From: Pelagomonas calceolata | Taxonomy: Eukaryota | Assembly: GCA_918797485.1 (NCBI GenBank) | Contig: CAKKNE010000006.1 | Location: 124,001 to 188,000, forward strand | Reading direction: 5' to 3' | Length of the DNA: 64,000 nucleotides | In this document: one piece after another, positions 36,391-46,631 of the stretch | Layout: each line of letters opens with the position of its first letter | Position numbering within the stretch: the first letter of the stretch is position 1 | The notes under the pieces: generated by a model | What the model was told of the DNA's origin: nothing | The model's input: the letters and a program-made list of their open reading frames with translations, nothing else | The model's database searches: none | Translations under genes and position numbers: made by a program

Positions 36391-39039
36391 CTAGTGTGTC
36401 GACACACTGGAGCCGTCTCGCGCCGACGCGGTACCGGCGCGCCAGGGGCCATGCTCCTCGCACCACGCGAGCACCGCCGGGTGCAGGAGGGCGGCGGCGC
36501 GCGCGCGGTCGCCGCGGGCGAGCGCCTCGCGTGCGGCGGACGAGGAGATGTCGGGCAGCTCGGGCCCCATCACGAGATGGCCCGCGTCCAGGTCTACGCC
36601 CGCCCGCCGCGCGCCCGCGAGCGCCTTTTCCGTGAATCCCGGCCGCCCCAACACGATCATCCGGTACTGCGGCCCGACATCCGCAAACTTGTTATAGCGC
36701 ACTACATCGTCCGCCCCGTTCATGAAAAAGTGGACGAAGTGGAGGTGCGGGTGCGTCTGCCGAAGCAGCCCGACCGTCTCGCCCTCGCGGCAGGACTCCC
36801 ACGATAGCCACGGCAGCTCCTCCGCCGCCATCTTCACCAGCGCCAGCCGCTTTTCCGCACTCAGCGACGCCTCGCCCTTTTTCGCAAGCTTCCGGTCGAC
36901 GTACGACGATCCGTTGAGCGAGATCAGCCCGAGAACGGCACCAAACGGCTCGAGGTTCGCCGGGCGGGCCACCCCGGCCTCCACGCCCAGTAATATCCTC
37001 CGCGCCTCGATAAAGGCTCGTGTGTGCCCGCGCGTCACGGGGCAGAGCGAGCCGAGCAACGTCACCACGCCCACGCGCGTGCCCGGCTCTACGTCGGCGA
37101 GCGCGTCGTGCAGTTTTTTTAGCGAGCCGTCGAACCACGCTGCCGCGGCGCTCGCTGGCCGCGCGGGCGGCGGCGGCGCGGGGGCGGGGGCGGGCGCCGG
37201 CAAACCCAGCGCCACGAGCACCTGTTGCAGAAGGAGCGTCGGCGGCTTGGTGCCGTCGAGTACGAGCTGTGGCATCGGTCCGCCCTCTCCGAAGCAGCTC
37301 TCCCAGTATTTGTAATGCCGAGGCCACAGGTTGCGGTCGAAGTACTCCTCCGTCACGCGAGTCGTTGCCATGCGCCGCTCGTAGCACGCCTCCCTACTAA
37401 GCTCGATCCAGACGAGGTGGTGGAGCAAGTCGACCACGCCACCCGGAGGCCGGCTTGCGAAGGCGCGGAATCCCTCGACGATGACAAAGTGCTTTGACTT
37501 GCTCGCCTCGACGACGACGTCTCGGAAGGCTTTGAAATCGATCGAGTCGGTGCTCTCCCAGCCGCCCTCCGCCTGGGCGGCCAGCCCTTTCGAGGCGAAG
37601 CGGTCCTGGCGGATCACGGCCGTCTTGGACGCTCCGAGCGCCTTCGCCAGCACCGAGGCCAACGTACTCTTGCCGCTGCGCGTGCAGCCGGAGATGCCAA
37701 TCACAAGTGTAGGTGCGTCCCGGGCGAAGACAAAGAAGCTGCCGTACCACTCTCGAAAGGTGGGCCCGTCAGCGCTCGGCGCGTCCAGAGCCTCTGCGAG
37801 GCATCGACGGACGTCGGCAGCGGAGAGCGCGCGAGCGCAGCGTGGCATCAACTCACTCATGAAGCCTCCGAGCCGATTGATCGCGATTTTTGTCCGCGGT
37901 GCAACGTACGCGATGGCGCCCGCTGCCAAGATGGCCTCGCCGAGGCCTACCGAGCCGGTGCTGCACGCCGAGGAGACAACAACTGCACCGCGCAGATCGA
38001 GGCGCTCTCGGATATCGCTCGCCCCCAAACGCACCCGACACCGCTTTTCGCCGTCCCACTGCATCGCAAAGCCCGCTGGATCGCCGTGCATGCCCACGTG
38101 GACAATGCGCGGGCGGTGCGTACGCAGGGCCTCGGCGATCTTGTCGACGGTCAGCGGCGAGGCGTCAATGTGCGACGAAGGGTGCAAATCCCACCAGCTG
38201 CTGTTGTCGAACATGAGGAATGGCGTGGAGCTCGCGAGAAGAAGGTCGTGCAGGGCGATGTACTCCGCCCACCCCGGTTTGAAGCTCTCGCCCATGGTGG
38301 TCGCCAGCTCGGGAGACCGGGAGCAGGCGAAGAGAAGCACCTCGCAGCGGGCTAGCTTCGGCTCCTTGCTTTCAATTGGCTCCCGCGGCGGCCGGAGCTC
38401 GGTTCCCCCGTCCGCCGCGTCGGCGACAGCGAGCGAGCCGCTCTCGGCCAGCTGAAGCTCGGCGCGCAGCTGCATCCAGATCTCGGCCAGCAGGTTCTCC
38501 CCGCGGGCCGTGACCGGGTCGAAGCCCCAGACCGCGTCCCGCTTGAGGCTGAGCAGCGGGTGCTGCCCCGTCGCCAGCAGTAGCTCGCGCAGGCCGCCCG
38601 GGTCGGCCGCTAGCTTCGCCCTAACCGCTGTCTCCATGACGCGGCGCTTCCGCCGGTCCCAGAGCGCTTTGTCCCACGGCTGGGGCTTCTGCGCGTGGTA
38701 GTAGGCCTCCGACCCGGCGTAGACCCGCCCGCCGATCGTGAGCGGCGGCTCGTCGTAGCGCCAGAACGAGTGGACGTTCTCGAACTCAGTGGCCCAGGCG
38801 TAGCTCCTCCCTAAATGCGCCACCGCGGCGTCCACGCCACCGGGGTCGTGGCCAAGCGCCCGGCCTACCAGCCGCTGCGGGGCCCAGCACGGCAGCGCCA
38901 GCCCGAGCGCCGCCAGCCCGGGGTGCGCGGCGACGACCGACGCCTGCGCTGCCGACAGCCAGACCACGGGCTCGTCCAGCTGCCCCAGGAGCGCGGCTGG
39001 CTTCTCCGCCTGCTCCGCTGCATTCTCATAAGACGACAT
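36391..39039 (-). CDS. Four-domain fusion: NADAR (YbiA/DUF1768) - CHAT/caspase-like - nicotinamide riboside kinase - NMN adenylyltransferase (882 aa)
   Basis: NADAR: SEAYYHAQK, WD...VMETAVRAK, LRELLLATG, DAVWG, GENLLAEIWMQLR; CHAT: IVHVGMHG, VVSSACSTG, LAAGA; NRK: IGISGCTRSGKST, QDRF, IVEGF, YFDRNLWP; NMNAT: GSLCPVTRGH, GADD, GRPG, DISSS, LLHPAV. Confidence 0.85.
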   Translation of the reverse strand: MSSYENAAEQAEKPAALLGQLDEPVVWLSAAQASVVAAHPGLAALGLALPCWAPQRLVGRALGHDPGGVDAAVAHLGRSYAWATEFENVHSFWRYDEPPLTIGGRVYAGSEAYYHAQKPQPWDKALWDRRKRRVMETAVRAKLAADPGGLRELLLATGQHPLLSLKRDAVWGFDPVTARGENLLAEIWMQLRAELQLAESGSLAVADAADGGTELRPPREPIESKEPKLARCEVLLFACSRSPELATTMGESFKPGWAEYIALHDLLLASSTPFLMFDNSSWWDLHPSSHIDASPLTVDKIAEALRTHRPRIVHVGMHGDPAGFAMQWDGEKRCRVRLGASDIRERLDLRGAVVVSSACSTGSVGLGEAILAAGAIAYVAPRTKIAINRLGGFMSELMPRCARALSAADVRRCLAEALDAPSADGPTFREWYGSFFVFARDAPTLVIGISGCTRSGKSTLASVLAKALGASKTAVIRQDRFASKGLAAQAEGGWESTDSIDFKAFRDVVVEASKSKHFVIVEGFRAFASRPPGGVVDLLHHLVWIELSREACYERRMATTRVTEEYFDRNLWPRHYKYWESCFGEGGPMPQLVLDGTKPPTLLLQQVLVALGLPAPAPAPAPPPPARPASAAAAWFDGSLKKLHDALADVEPGTRVGVVTLLGSLCPVTRGHTRAFIEARRILLGVEAGVARPANLEPFGAVLGLISLNGSSYVDRKLAKKGEASLSAEKRLALVKMAAEELPWLSWESCREGETVGLLRQTHPHLHFVHFFMNGADDVVRYNKFADVGPQYRMIVLGRPGFTEKALAGARRAGVDLDAGHLVMGPELPDISSSAAREALARGDRARAAALLHPAVLAWCEEHGPWRAGTASARDGSSVSTH

Positions 39040-39163
39040 CTGTCCCACTCTTCTTTCAGGGGGGCAGCTCGGCCCAGCCGAGGGGGGATTTAAACGCTGC
39101 CCCACTGTCCGAACGCTGCCCCACTGCCCCACTGTCCTGCCCCACGTCCGGAGAGGATCTGTG

Positions 39164-39183
39164 CTAGTATGTCTATGAACTAG
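39164..39183 (+). promoter_or_regulatory. CTAG-bounded motif variant, 157 bp upstream of CSN5 ATG
   Basis: ctagtatgtctatgaactag. Confidence 0.45.
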
Positions 39184-39339
39184 ATAGAGTCGGGTCGAGG
39201 CGCGCGCCATCGCTTGCTGCGCTTGCTGAGCCAAATCAGTGCAACCGCTACGTCCCTACGCGTTACCAGCTCTAGTGTCCAGCGAAGCCACTGGAGCGAC
39301 GCCAGCGCGCGAGCACTAGGCAAAAAAAAACAAAAAACC

Positions 39340-40587
39340 ATGGAGGTGGACCCGCCGCCCGCGCCGGCGCCTGAGGCGACGCCGGCAGCGCTCCCCGGCG
39401 ACAGCTTCTACGCCGTCGACGAGACCGCCGTCGACGCGCAGCGGCAGGCGAAGCCGTGGACGCAGGACGCGACCTACTTTAAGAGGGTAGCTGTATCGCC
39501 GGCCGCGTCGACCAAAATGCTCGCGCACGCCCAACGAGGCTGCGAGGCCGGCGTCAAGGCGGGCGGCAAGCCGCTCGAGGTCATGGGTTTATTGCTGGGT
39601 TATCCGGACGCGGACGCGTCGAAGCGGCGCCTCGTCGTCACGGACGCCTTGCCCCTGCCGGTGACGGGCTTCGAGACGAGCGTCGTCGCCGACGACGACA
39701 ACGTGGTCAACTACATGATCGCGCTCTCCGATCTGGTCGAGAAGACGAGGAAGGAGCGCCTGATGGGCTGGTACCACAGCCACCCCTTCGACGTCGACGA
39801 GGACCACGACAACTGCTTCTTTAGCTCGACGGACCTTTCTACGCAGCTCAGCTGGCAGAACGCGGAAGACCCGCAAGGTAACCCCTTCCTCGCCATCGTC
39901 CTGGACCCGCTGCGCAGCGCGGCCAAGAACTCGGCCGCGCTCGCGGCGTTTAGGGCGTACCCGCCGGCCTACACGCCGCCCGCGAACCAGTGCCCCGACG
40001 GCGAGATCTGCGCCGACGACGCGCGCCGCGTCGAGGTCTGGGGCTCGTGCTGGCACCGCTACTACCAGCTCGATCTCGAGTACTTCACTGTGTGGAAATC
40101 GAGCAGGCGTCGCGTCGATGGCGTGGAGGTCGACGCGACGAGTCAGCACGAACGCGCCGTAAAATTTTGATTTCCACACAGGTACTTCATGAGCGGCCAA
40201 GCTAGAGCTATAGTCGACGTGCTCAACCGGAGCCACCTCTGGGCGAAGACGCTGAGTGAGTCGCACCGCGAGGACACCACGGACCGGGTCGCGAAGATCG
40301 CCGACAAGCTCGCGCGCGCGCCAGGAGCCCAGCCGCCGCGTGCGCCACGCTTAGGCGGCTACGGCGGCCTCGACGCGCTCGGGTCCGGCGCGGCGCCGAG
40401 CGCTCGCGCCGACCAGGCACCCCTCTCCAAGGCCGCCGACGCGGCGGCGGGCGTCGCGACTGAGGCGCTCCACGGCCAGCTCTCGCAGCTGACGAAGCGC
40501 CACCTCCTCTGCGGCTGCAGCGGCTTCCAGCGCGCGGTCCACTCGTACCTGGCGCGCAAAGGGCAGGTCGCGAAGCCGTGCGCCTAG
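39340..40587 (+). CDS. CSN5: COP9 signalosome subunit 5 (JAMM/MPN+); exons 39340-40079 and 40182-40587
   Basis: KPWTQDATYFK, EVMGLL, GWYHSHPF, FFSSTD, FLAIVLDPLRS, AFRAYP, YYQLDLEYF after splicing. Confidence 0.92.
40080..40181 (+). mobile_element. Introner intron in CSN5 (102 nt)
   Basis: Perfect 8-bp TSD gtacttca (40080-40087, 40182-40189), perfect 13-bp TIR; last ~70 nt nearly identical to TPI intron 2. Confidence 0.95.
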
Positions 40588-40621
40588 CGGCCTAGGCCCC
40601 ATCCCCTGTGTTAAGAGTCGG

Positions 40622-41668
40622 CTACGTTACTCCGCATTTCGGCGCGCCCTGTGGAGGCGCGTGCGCGAGGTGCTTGAGCGCGTAGTCGAGGAGCGCCCCT
40701 TTGTTCTCGCCTTTGTGCCCGGCAAGATGCACGACGAAGTCGCCGGGCTGGTACGCCGCGCGCGCCGCAACCTTGGCGCTCGGGCCCGACGCGAGGCGCG
40801 GCCGCACCAAGTACGCGTTGAGCGCGCACTGGGGCACGACTTTGATGTGGGACCGCGTGCGCGCGGCGGCGGCGGGATCGACGCGAGGCACCTTCGTCGG
40901 CGACCGGGCTGCCCACTTGCGCCATGACGCGGTGTCCGTGAGGTAGTGCAACGCCCGTTGTTCGAACTCGAAGGGTAGCGTCTTGGCGTACCAGGGCTCG
41001 CGGCGGGCGAGGTCCAGCTTTCCGGTCGCCGCGTCGGCCATCTTCCGCAGCAGCTCGTGGGAGAACGTCGAGTTCCGCACGAAGAAGGCGCCCGTGTTGT
41101 AGCCGCCCCAGTCCTCCGCCATGACGACGTCGTAGGCGTCGTCGAGGAACGACTCGAGGCAGATGGCCGGGTTCGCGACGAGCGCGTCGCCGTCCAAATA
41201 CAGGAGCCAGTCGAAGCGGCGCAGGTGGAGCAGCAGCGCGTCGACCTTCGACCAGGGCGCCGGCAGCGCCGCCGCGGGCTCGTGCACGATGAGCTCGTAG
41301 CCGTGGTGGTCCGCGTAGGCGCGCTTGTTGTCCAACGATTTTTGCGAATAGCGCTGCGTCTGCACGTAGCGGGCCTCCGACGCGGTGTCCGCCAGGACGA
41401 CAATGCCAATACGCGGGTTTACGGCGGCACGTTCCGGCGGCGGCGCGCGGCACGGCGGCTCGCGCGGCTCCGGTGGCGCGGCCTCGAGCGACGCCGCGAG
41501 CGTGCGTCCGTAATTGGCGCGGTAATAGATGATTGAACAGGCGGCGACAATCAGGGCGGCAAGCGCGGCACGCAAGAATTTGCTGTTGCGACCGCTGGAA
41601 TTTGGCAGTGCTGGCGCTGGCCGCTGCTTGTTGTGCGCCGGCGGCGCTGCCGGGACGCGCCGCATCAT
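40622..41668 (-). CDS. Glycosyltransferase family 34 (GMA12/MNN10-like), type II membrane protein
   Basis: TM anchor, NKRAYADHHGY, WSKV, LYLDGDA (DxD), NTGAFFVRN, FEQRAL, GDFVVHLAG. Confidence 0.9.
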   Translation of the reverse strand: MMRRVPAAPPAHNKQRPAPALPNSSGRNSKFLRAALAALIVAACSIIYYRANYGRTLAASLEAAPPEPREPPCRAPPPERAAVNPRIGIVVLADTASEARYVQTQRYSQKSLDNKRAYADHHGYELIVHEPAAALPAPWSKVDALLLHLRRFDWLLYLDGDALVANPAICLESFLDDAYDVVMAEDWGGYNTGAFFVRNSTFSHELLRKMADAATGKLDLARREPWYAKTLPFEFEQRALHYLTDTASWRKWAARSPTKVPRVDPAAAARTRSHIKVVPQCALNAYLVRPRLASGPSAKVAARAAYQPGDFVVHLAGHKGENKGALLDYALKHLAHAPPQGAPKCGVT

Positions 41669-41806
41669 GCGTTCATTTGCTATAGATGGCTGTACAGATG
41701 CCTGTACAGATGCTCCAAGAGATGCAAGAGGTAGCCTGAAACGCAAAGACTGCCCGACAAGCCGACACACGCCCACAAAACTCGTTTTTTGTGAAAGTTA
41801 GAGAGG

Positions 41807-41828
41807 CTAGCGGGTTGTAAGACACTAG
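41807..41828 (-). promoter_or_regulatory. CTAG-bounded motif in divergent intergenic region, 139 bp upstream of ATG 41668
   Basis: ctagcgggttgtaagacactag. Confidence 0.65.
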
Positions 41829-42014
41829 AAGCAAGAAAAGTCCGTGAGGACTCCCGGCGGCCGCGCGCAGCGGCACGTGGGGAGTATTCCGCCCGTCAGA
41901 AGGATCTCGTGTACGAGCTAGCCGCTAACTAACTTACAGCCTCCCCATGCTTGTAGCGCCAACAAGGGGGAGACTGCGGCGAGGCAGCCCCGTGCCGCCG
42001 GGGGCAGCCCAAAG

Positions 42015-44318
42015 ATGATCGTCGCCGTCCAAACACGCAAAGCCCGCGCCCAGCGAGAAAAAAGGCGCCTCGTAGACGCACGCGAGAAGGGCTTTGATGG
42101 GCGCGCGCCGATATGGGAGCGCCGCATCCCGGCCTACGACGCCAAAACAGACCCTTATTGCCGCCTCTACCACGAGGGCAACGACCCCCCGAATTCAATG
42201 TCGACCATGTCGTCGGGCCTCGTGTCGGCCCCGCCGCGCGACGCGCGCGCCATCCTGGCCGAAGCGCAGCCCGCGGGCGCCCCCGCCGAATTCGCCTCGA
42301 TCTGCGCGGCCTGCGACTTCGAGCCGCACGAAGGGACCGACCCGCACTGCCAGCTCGCCGTGCTCAAGGCTATCCTGTCGAGGGAAGCGGCGTTGGCCGC
42401 GCTCGAGGCCTTGTGCGAGGACGTCGCGCGGCGAGCGCACCGCTCCTGGGCGCTGCGGGAACCGCCGAAGCCGCTCGACCAGGTGACCCGTAGGGAAGCG
42501 GCGGACGCCATGAGCGCCCTACGAGACCGGACGCTGGAGCTCTGCGAGGCCCTGCTCGCGTGGAGGGGCGACACGGACGTGGCCGAAGCCAAGCCGTTCC
42601 TCTGGCACGGCCGCGACTACGCGCTCAAGGTCGCCTCCTCGGACTCGGACTTCGTCGCGGCCGTGGAGCCCCTCGCGGCGGCGCTCGGCGTCGACGCGCG
42701 GCGCATGCGGAGGAACCCTCTGATGCTTCCGCGGACCCTCGACGACGCGCACGTGGCGCCTCCGACCGGCGAACAGACCGCCAAGGGGGCGCGCTTCGCG
42801 GCCGCCGAGGCCTTCCTCGTCGCTGAAGAAGTGAGAGCGGGCAAGGGCATTACTGCCGGCGACGCCGCGCTCGACGACGACTCGCTCCCCGCGCTCGCCG
42901 CGCCGGCGGGGCCCCAGAGCGACGCGCTGCGGTCGCAGCAGGCGCGGGCGCTGCGCGCGCCCGCGGAGACGTCCTGGGCCGGCGGCGGCATCGCCGCGCG
43001 GCACGGGTCGCTGCCGCCGGCCGCCATCGCGCCCGTCTCGCTGGCCCACGCCGCCGACGCGGGCTGGGGCTCGAAGAAGACGGAGCTCGTCAACTGGCGC
43101 GAGCAGGCGTCGGACCAGCTGGCGAACCTCGCCGACCGCGGCGAGAACGCCGCGCGCCAGGCGGCCACGCGCCGCCTCGGCGGGTCGGCCCGCGGGACGG
43201 TCTCGCAGCGCAGCACCATCAACACCCACAGCACCAGCTCGGCGCCGGGCCACCCGCTGGCCATGCCGCGGCGCAAATCCACCTCCCGCCGCACGAAGAA
43301 GGGTGATAGGAGGGGCGCACCAGCACCACAAATCGGCGCGCCCACCCCGACGCTGGCGCTGCCAGACGACGATGCTGGATCGTACGCGTCGGACGACGAC
43401 GTCGCGCACTCGGCGCCCGACGCGGCCGTCAAGGCCGCCGCCCACGCCGCGGCGGCGGCTCGCACGGTGGAACCTGCTGATCTCAGCACGCTCGCCGGCC
43501 TCGACGCGCCCAAGGAGGCCGTTGCCCTGGTAGCGGCAGCGGCTTTAACACTCGCGGCTGGCGGCGGCGCGGGCGTGCCTGGAGACGTGCGGTGGCCCGC
43601 GTTCGTCGAATTTGTCGACGCTGATGCGGCCGGCGTAGCGAGCTCGCTGCGCGCGTTGGACTGTAGTGCCGTGGCCGACTTCAAACGCCGCGCACTCCGA
43701 AGGTTTCTGGATGCGGCGGCGCCGGCTGCCAGCGGTGCGCAAACGCCCGGCGGGCCTGCGGACGCCGCCGCGGCCCGCCTTCATGCATGGGTCGCATCGG
43801 CGCTCGCGGCCGCCGACGCCGCGGCGCACGCGCGTGCGGGTGATGATGAGGCCGCCAGTCGCGCGCTCTCCGCCGCGGCTGCGGCGTCTCGCCGAGCTCG
43901 CCGCGTGCGCGCGCGCCGGCCGCCGAGCAAAAGACGGGCGCGGACGCCTGCCTCGCCGAATCAGACTGGCCCCAGGTCACCCTCTCGCGGCGCACCGCCT
44001 GCTAGTCTGGCCGCTGACGTCGTCGTGACGTCCAAGCTCCGCGACCGCTTCGGCCCGGACCCGCGTCGGAGTAGCGGCCAGCGCGAGGCGTGGCTCGTCT
44101 CCGTGGTCGCCAAGCCCGACGGATCCTTCGAGGCCAGGGCTTACCACCCGGGCACGTCGGTCGAGCTGTCGCTGCCGGTGCCGCGCGCGGCCGCGCCAGC
44201 AGGGAAGAACCCGGACCGCTGGGCCGCCGACGTGCTCCCGAGCAAACTCGTGCTCGACATGGGGAGTGGTCGGCCCGAGCTCGTGCTCCGGTCTACTTCG
44301 CCGATCCGCAGAAGGTGA
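42015..44318 (+). CDS. Hypothetical protein (767 aa)
   Basis: Long ORF with high GC3; conserved-looking blocks PAYDAKTDPYC and KPFLWHGRDYALK. Confidence 0.75.
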   Translation: MIVAVQTRKARAQREKRRLVDAREKGFDGRAPIWERRIPAYDAKTDPYCRLYHEGNDPPNSMSTMSSGLVSAPPRDARAILAEAQPAGAPAEFASICAACDFEPHEGTDPHCQLAVLKAILSREAALAALEALCEDVARRAHRSWALREPPKPLDQVTRREAADAMSALRDRTLELCEALLAWRGDTDVAEAKPFLWHGRDYALKVASSDSDFVAAVEPLAAALGVDARRMRRNPLMLPRTLDDAHVAPPTGEQTAKGARFAAAEAFLVAEEVRAGKGITAGDAALDDDSLPALAAPAGPQSDALRSQQARALRAPAETSWAGGGIAARHGSLPPAAIAPVSLAHAADAGWGSKKTELVNWREQASDQLANLADRGENAARQAATRRLGGSARGTVSQRSTINTHSTSSAPGHPLAMPRRKSTSRRTKKGDRRGAPAPQIGAPTPTLALPDDDAGSYASDDDVAHSAPDAAVKAAAHAAAAARTVEPADLSTLAGLDAPKEAVALVAAAALTLAAGGGAGVPGDVRWPAFVEFVDADAAGVASSLRALDCSAVADFKRRALRRFLDAAAPAASGAQTPGGPADAAAARLHAWVASALAAADAAAHARAGDDEAASRALSAAAAASRRARRVRARRPPSKRRARTPASPNQTGPRSPSRGAPPASLAADVVVTSKLRDRFGPDPRRSSGQREAWLVSVVAKPDGSFEARAYHPGTSVELSLPVPRAAAPAGKNPDRWAADVLPSKLVLDMGSGRPELVLRSTSPIRRR

Positions 44319-44673
44319 CTCTCGAGCGAGTAAGTTCCCCAGTTTACTTAGTCGACTTCCGCGCGAATGAGCCCCGAGCAGCGGCGCCGGGCAAGGCACC
44401 CCGGACCGCTCCTAAGAGTGGCTCTGGTCGCCACGAGCTCCGACGACGCCTGTACGTGTACGTGTCGGGCGCGCGCGGGTCCGGAGATCAGCGCCCAAGC
44501 TGCCCGGAGAGCAGGAGCAAAAAGCAGGAGAAAAAGCTGGCAAGCCCGGTCGCCGAGGCAGCCAGATAATTTCAATAAGCTCAGCCCCCAAGTTCGACGG
44601 GAGCCGCAGGCGCGGCCGCGCCACAACACCTGCCCCCAAGCTCGACGGGGAACCGCACTGCGGCCACACCACC

Positions 44674-45306
44674 ATGCCGGCCTCGCCCAACAGCTGGGCG
44701 GCCTGCCCCGGCCCCGCCGCCTTCGAAGGCATCAGCTTCAGCCACGACCCGGACATTCCCGACGAGCCGGTGCGCGATTCGGCGCCCATCTCGCTGCCCG
44801 CCCTGGCGTCGCCGCCGAAGAAGCGCTCCAGCGGCGGCGGCGCCGGCTACGGCGGATCTGGGCGCGGCAGCGGCGGCAACTCCGCACGCGAGACCGAGAA
44901 CGACAGCCGCGTCCTGTCCTGGATCGAAGATTTGGCGGACGTCGACGGCAGTGCCTACCCCGAGGCGACGCGCGAGCAGCGCGCCCGCGGCGACCCCGAG
45001 GCGCTGCGCGAGGCGACGCGCGAGGCGCGGCTCTCGGGAGAAATGGCCACGGACGCGTTCTCCGGGCCGACGTCGCCCTACAGCTCGCCGTCGAATCGCC
45101 GCTCGCCCGGCCGCCACCAGACGCTCGAGGCCCTCGAGCACCACGGCCTCGCCGCGCGCTACGTCGCCTTCGAGGAGCCCGGGCCGAAATCCCCGAGCGG
45201 CTGGTCGTCGCCGGCGGGCGAGAACCCCTTCGACGAGGCCGTCCGCGCGTCGGCCGCCGCCCAGCGCCTCGCGCCGTTCAAGGACCCGCTGCTCGAGTCG
45301 TTCTGA
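44674..45306 (+). CDS. Hypothetical protein (210 aa)
   Basis: ORF with high GC3 preceded by an AC-rich leader; no recognisable domain. Confidence 0.6.
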   Translation: MPASPNSWAACPGPAAFEGISFSHDPDIPDEPVRDSAPISLPALASPPKKRSSGGGAGYGGSGRGSGGNSARETENDSRVLSWIEDLADVDGSAYPEATREQRARGDPEALREATREARLSGEMATDAFSGPTSPYSSPSNRRSPGRHQTLEALEHHGLAARYVAFEEPGPKSPSGWSSPAGENPFDEAVRASAAAQRLAPFKDPLLESF

Positions 45307-45383
45307 AGGAAGTAAGTAGGTATCGACGAGTTACTCCCCCAACGGCGACGAGGGGCGCGCGCTCGGCCGTCTGGCTGCGCCGC

Positions 45384-46631
45384 TCACTTGCGCGACTTCT
45401 TGCTCCGTCGCGACTTCTTCTGCGCTTTGGCCTTCTTCTTCGCGGCGCTCTTTGAGATTCCGTCCTCCTCGGCCGCCGCCGCGGGCGCGACGTCGACCAC
45501 AGCAGCCGCGGGCGCAGCGTCGACGACCGCCTCCGCCACCACGTCGACGACACCGGCAGCGTCGGCGACGACGGGCGGCGCCGGCGCCGGCGGCGCCGCC
45601 GCCGCCTTGGGCGCGGCGGCGACAAGGTCCTCGAAGGCGGGACCTGCTTTCGCCTTCTTCTTCTTCTTGAGCTTCTTGGGCGCCGGCGGCGCGGCCGACG
45701 CGCCGCCCATCGTCACCGGGTTGGCCTCGACGGTGCCCCGAATATATAAGGTGGAGGCCGTCGTGATCAAATTGTTGCAGAACCAGTAGATCGTCAGGCC
45801 CGCCGGCACGTTGAGCGAAAAGAACCCAACCATCACTGGCAAAAACTTGAGCACCGCGTTGTTGCCGGGCGCGTTCGGATCGTCGCTCTGCCCCGGCGGC
45901 GCCAGGAGCTGCGTCGACACGCTCTGCGCCACGACGAGCAGCACGGGTAATGCTAAATAAGCGGCCGTGTCCGACCACCCCAAAGGCGGCACGGCGCCGT
46001 TCCAGTTGTCGAACTTGAAGAGCCAGTCCGCGTTCTGCGCGCCGAAGACGGGCCCTTCGAGGTTCGGGATCCAGAGGAACGACTCCTCCAAGAGGTCCTC
46101 CCTCGCCAAGCTCAGCAGCGCCCTGTACAGCGCGATGAAGACCGGAATCTGTAAAAGCGAAGGCAGGCACCCGGCCAGCGGGTTGAGCTCGTTCTCCTGA
46201 TACAATTGGGCCATCATCATGTTCATCTTGTCGGGATCGGCCGCGTACGTCGCCTGGATCTTCTTGATGGCCGGCTGGAGCGCCTGCATCTTCGTCGTGG
46301 ACTCGATCTGGGCCTTGTTTAGCGGGAAGGTCGCGACCTTTAATATTAGTGTAAACAACACGATGGCGATCCCGTAACTCCCTACCACATCGTGGAGGAA
46401 CGTGATCACCGACTCCATGGCCTGGACGATGCCGCCGAACCATCCACTCTTATCAATGGGCACGGCGTTCTCGAGCTCCGCCACGAGCTGGGTGGGCAGC
46501 TGGGCCAGGTCGACGGGGCTGGCATGGAGCGGCGGCGGCACGCTTTGCCTGACCGGTGCCAGGGGCGCGCGCGCCGGCGAGACGAACGCGCGGGCCGGCG
46601 CGGCAAGCAGCACGGCGACGAGGGAGCGCAT
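45384..46631 (-). CDS. ALB3: Plastid membrane insertase ALB3/YidC with bipartite targeting signal
   Basis: MRSLVAVLLAAPARA-FV signal/transit junction; SYGIAIVLFT, NPLAGCLPSLLQIPVFIALY, FLWIPNLEGP, VPAGLTIYWFCNN. Confidence 0.93.
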   Translation of the reverse strand: MRSLVAVLLAAPARAFVSPARAPLAPVRQSVPPPLHASPVDLAQLPTQLVAELENAVPIDKSGWFGGIVQAMESVITFLHDVVGSYGIAIVLFTLILKVATFPLNKAQIESTTKMQALQPAIKKIQATYAADPDKMNMMMAQLYQENELNPLAGCLPSLLQIPVFIALYRALLSLAREDLLEESFLWIPNLEGPVFGAQNADWLFKFDNWNGAVPPLGWSDTAAYLALPVLLVVAQSVSTQLLAPPGQSDDPNAPGNNAVLKFLPVMVGFFSLNVPAGLTIYWFCNNLITTASTLYIRGTVEANPVTMGGASAAPPAPKKLKKKKKAKAGPAFEDLVAAAPKAAAAPPAPAPPVVADAAGVVDVVAEAVVDAAPAAAVVDVAPAAAAEEDGISKSAAKKKAKAQKKSRRSKKSRK

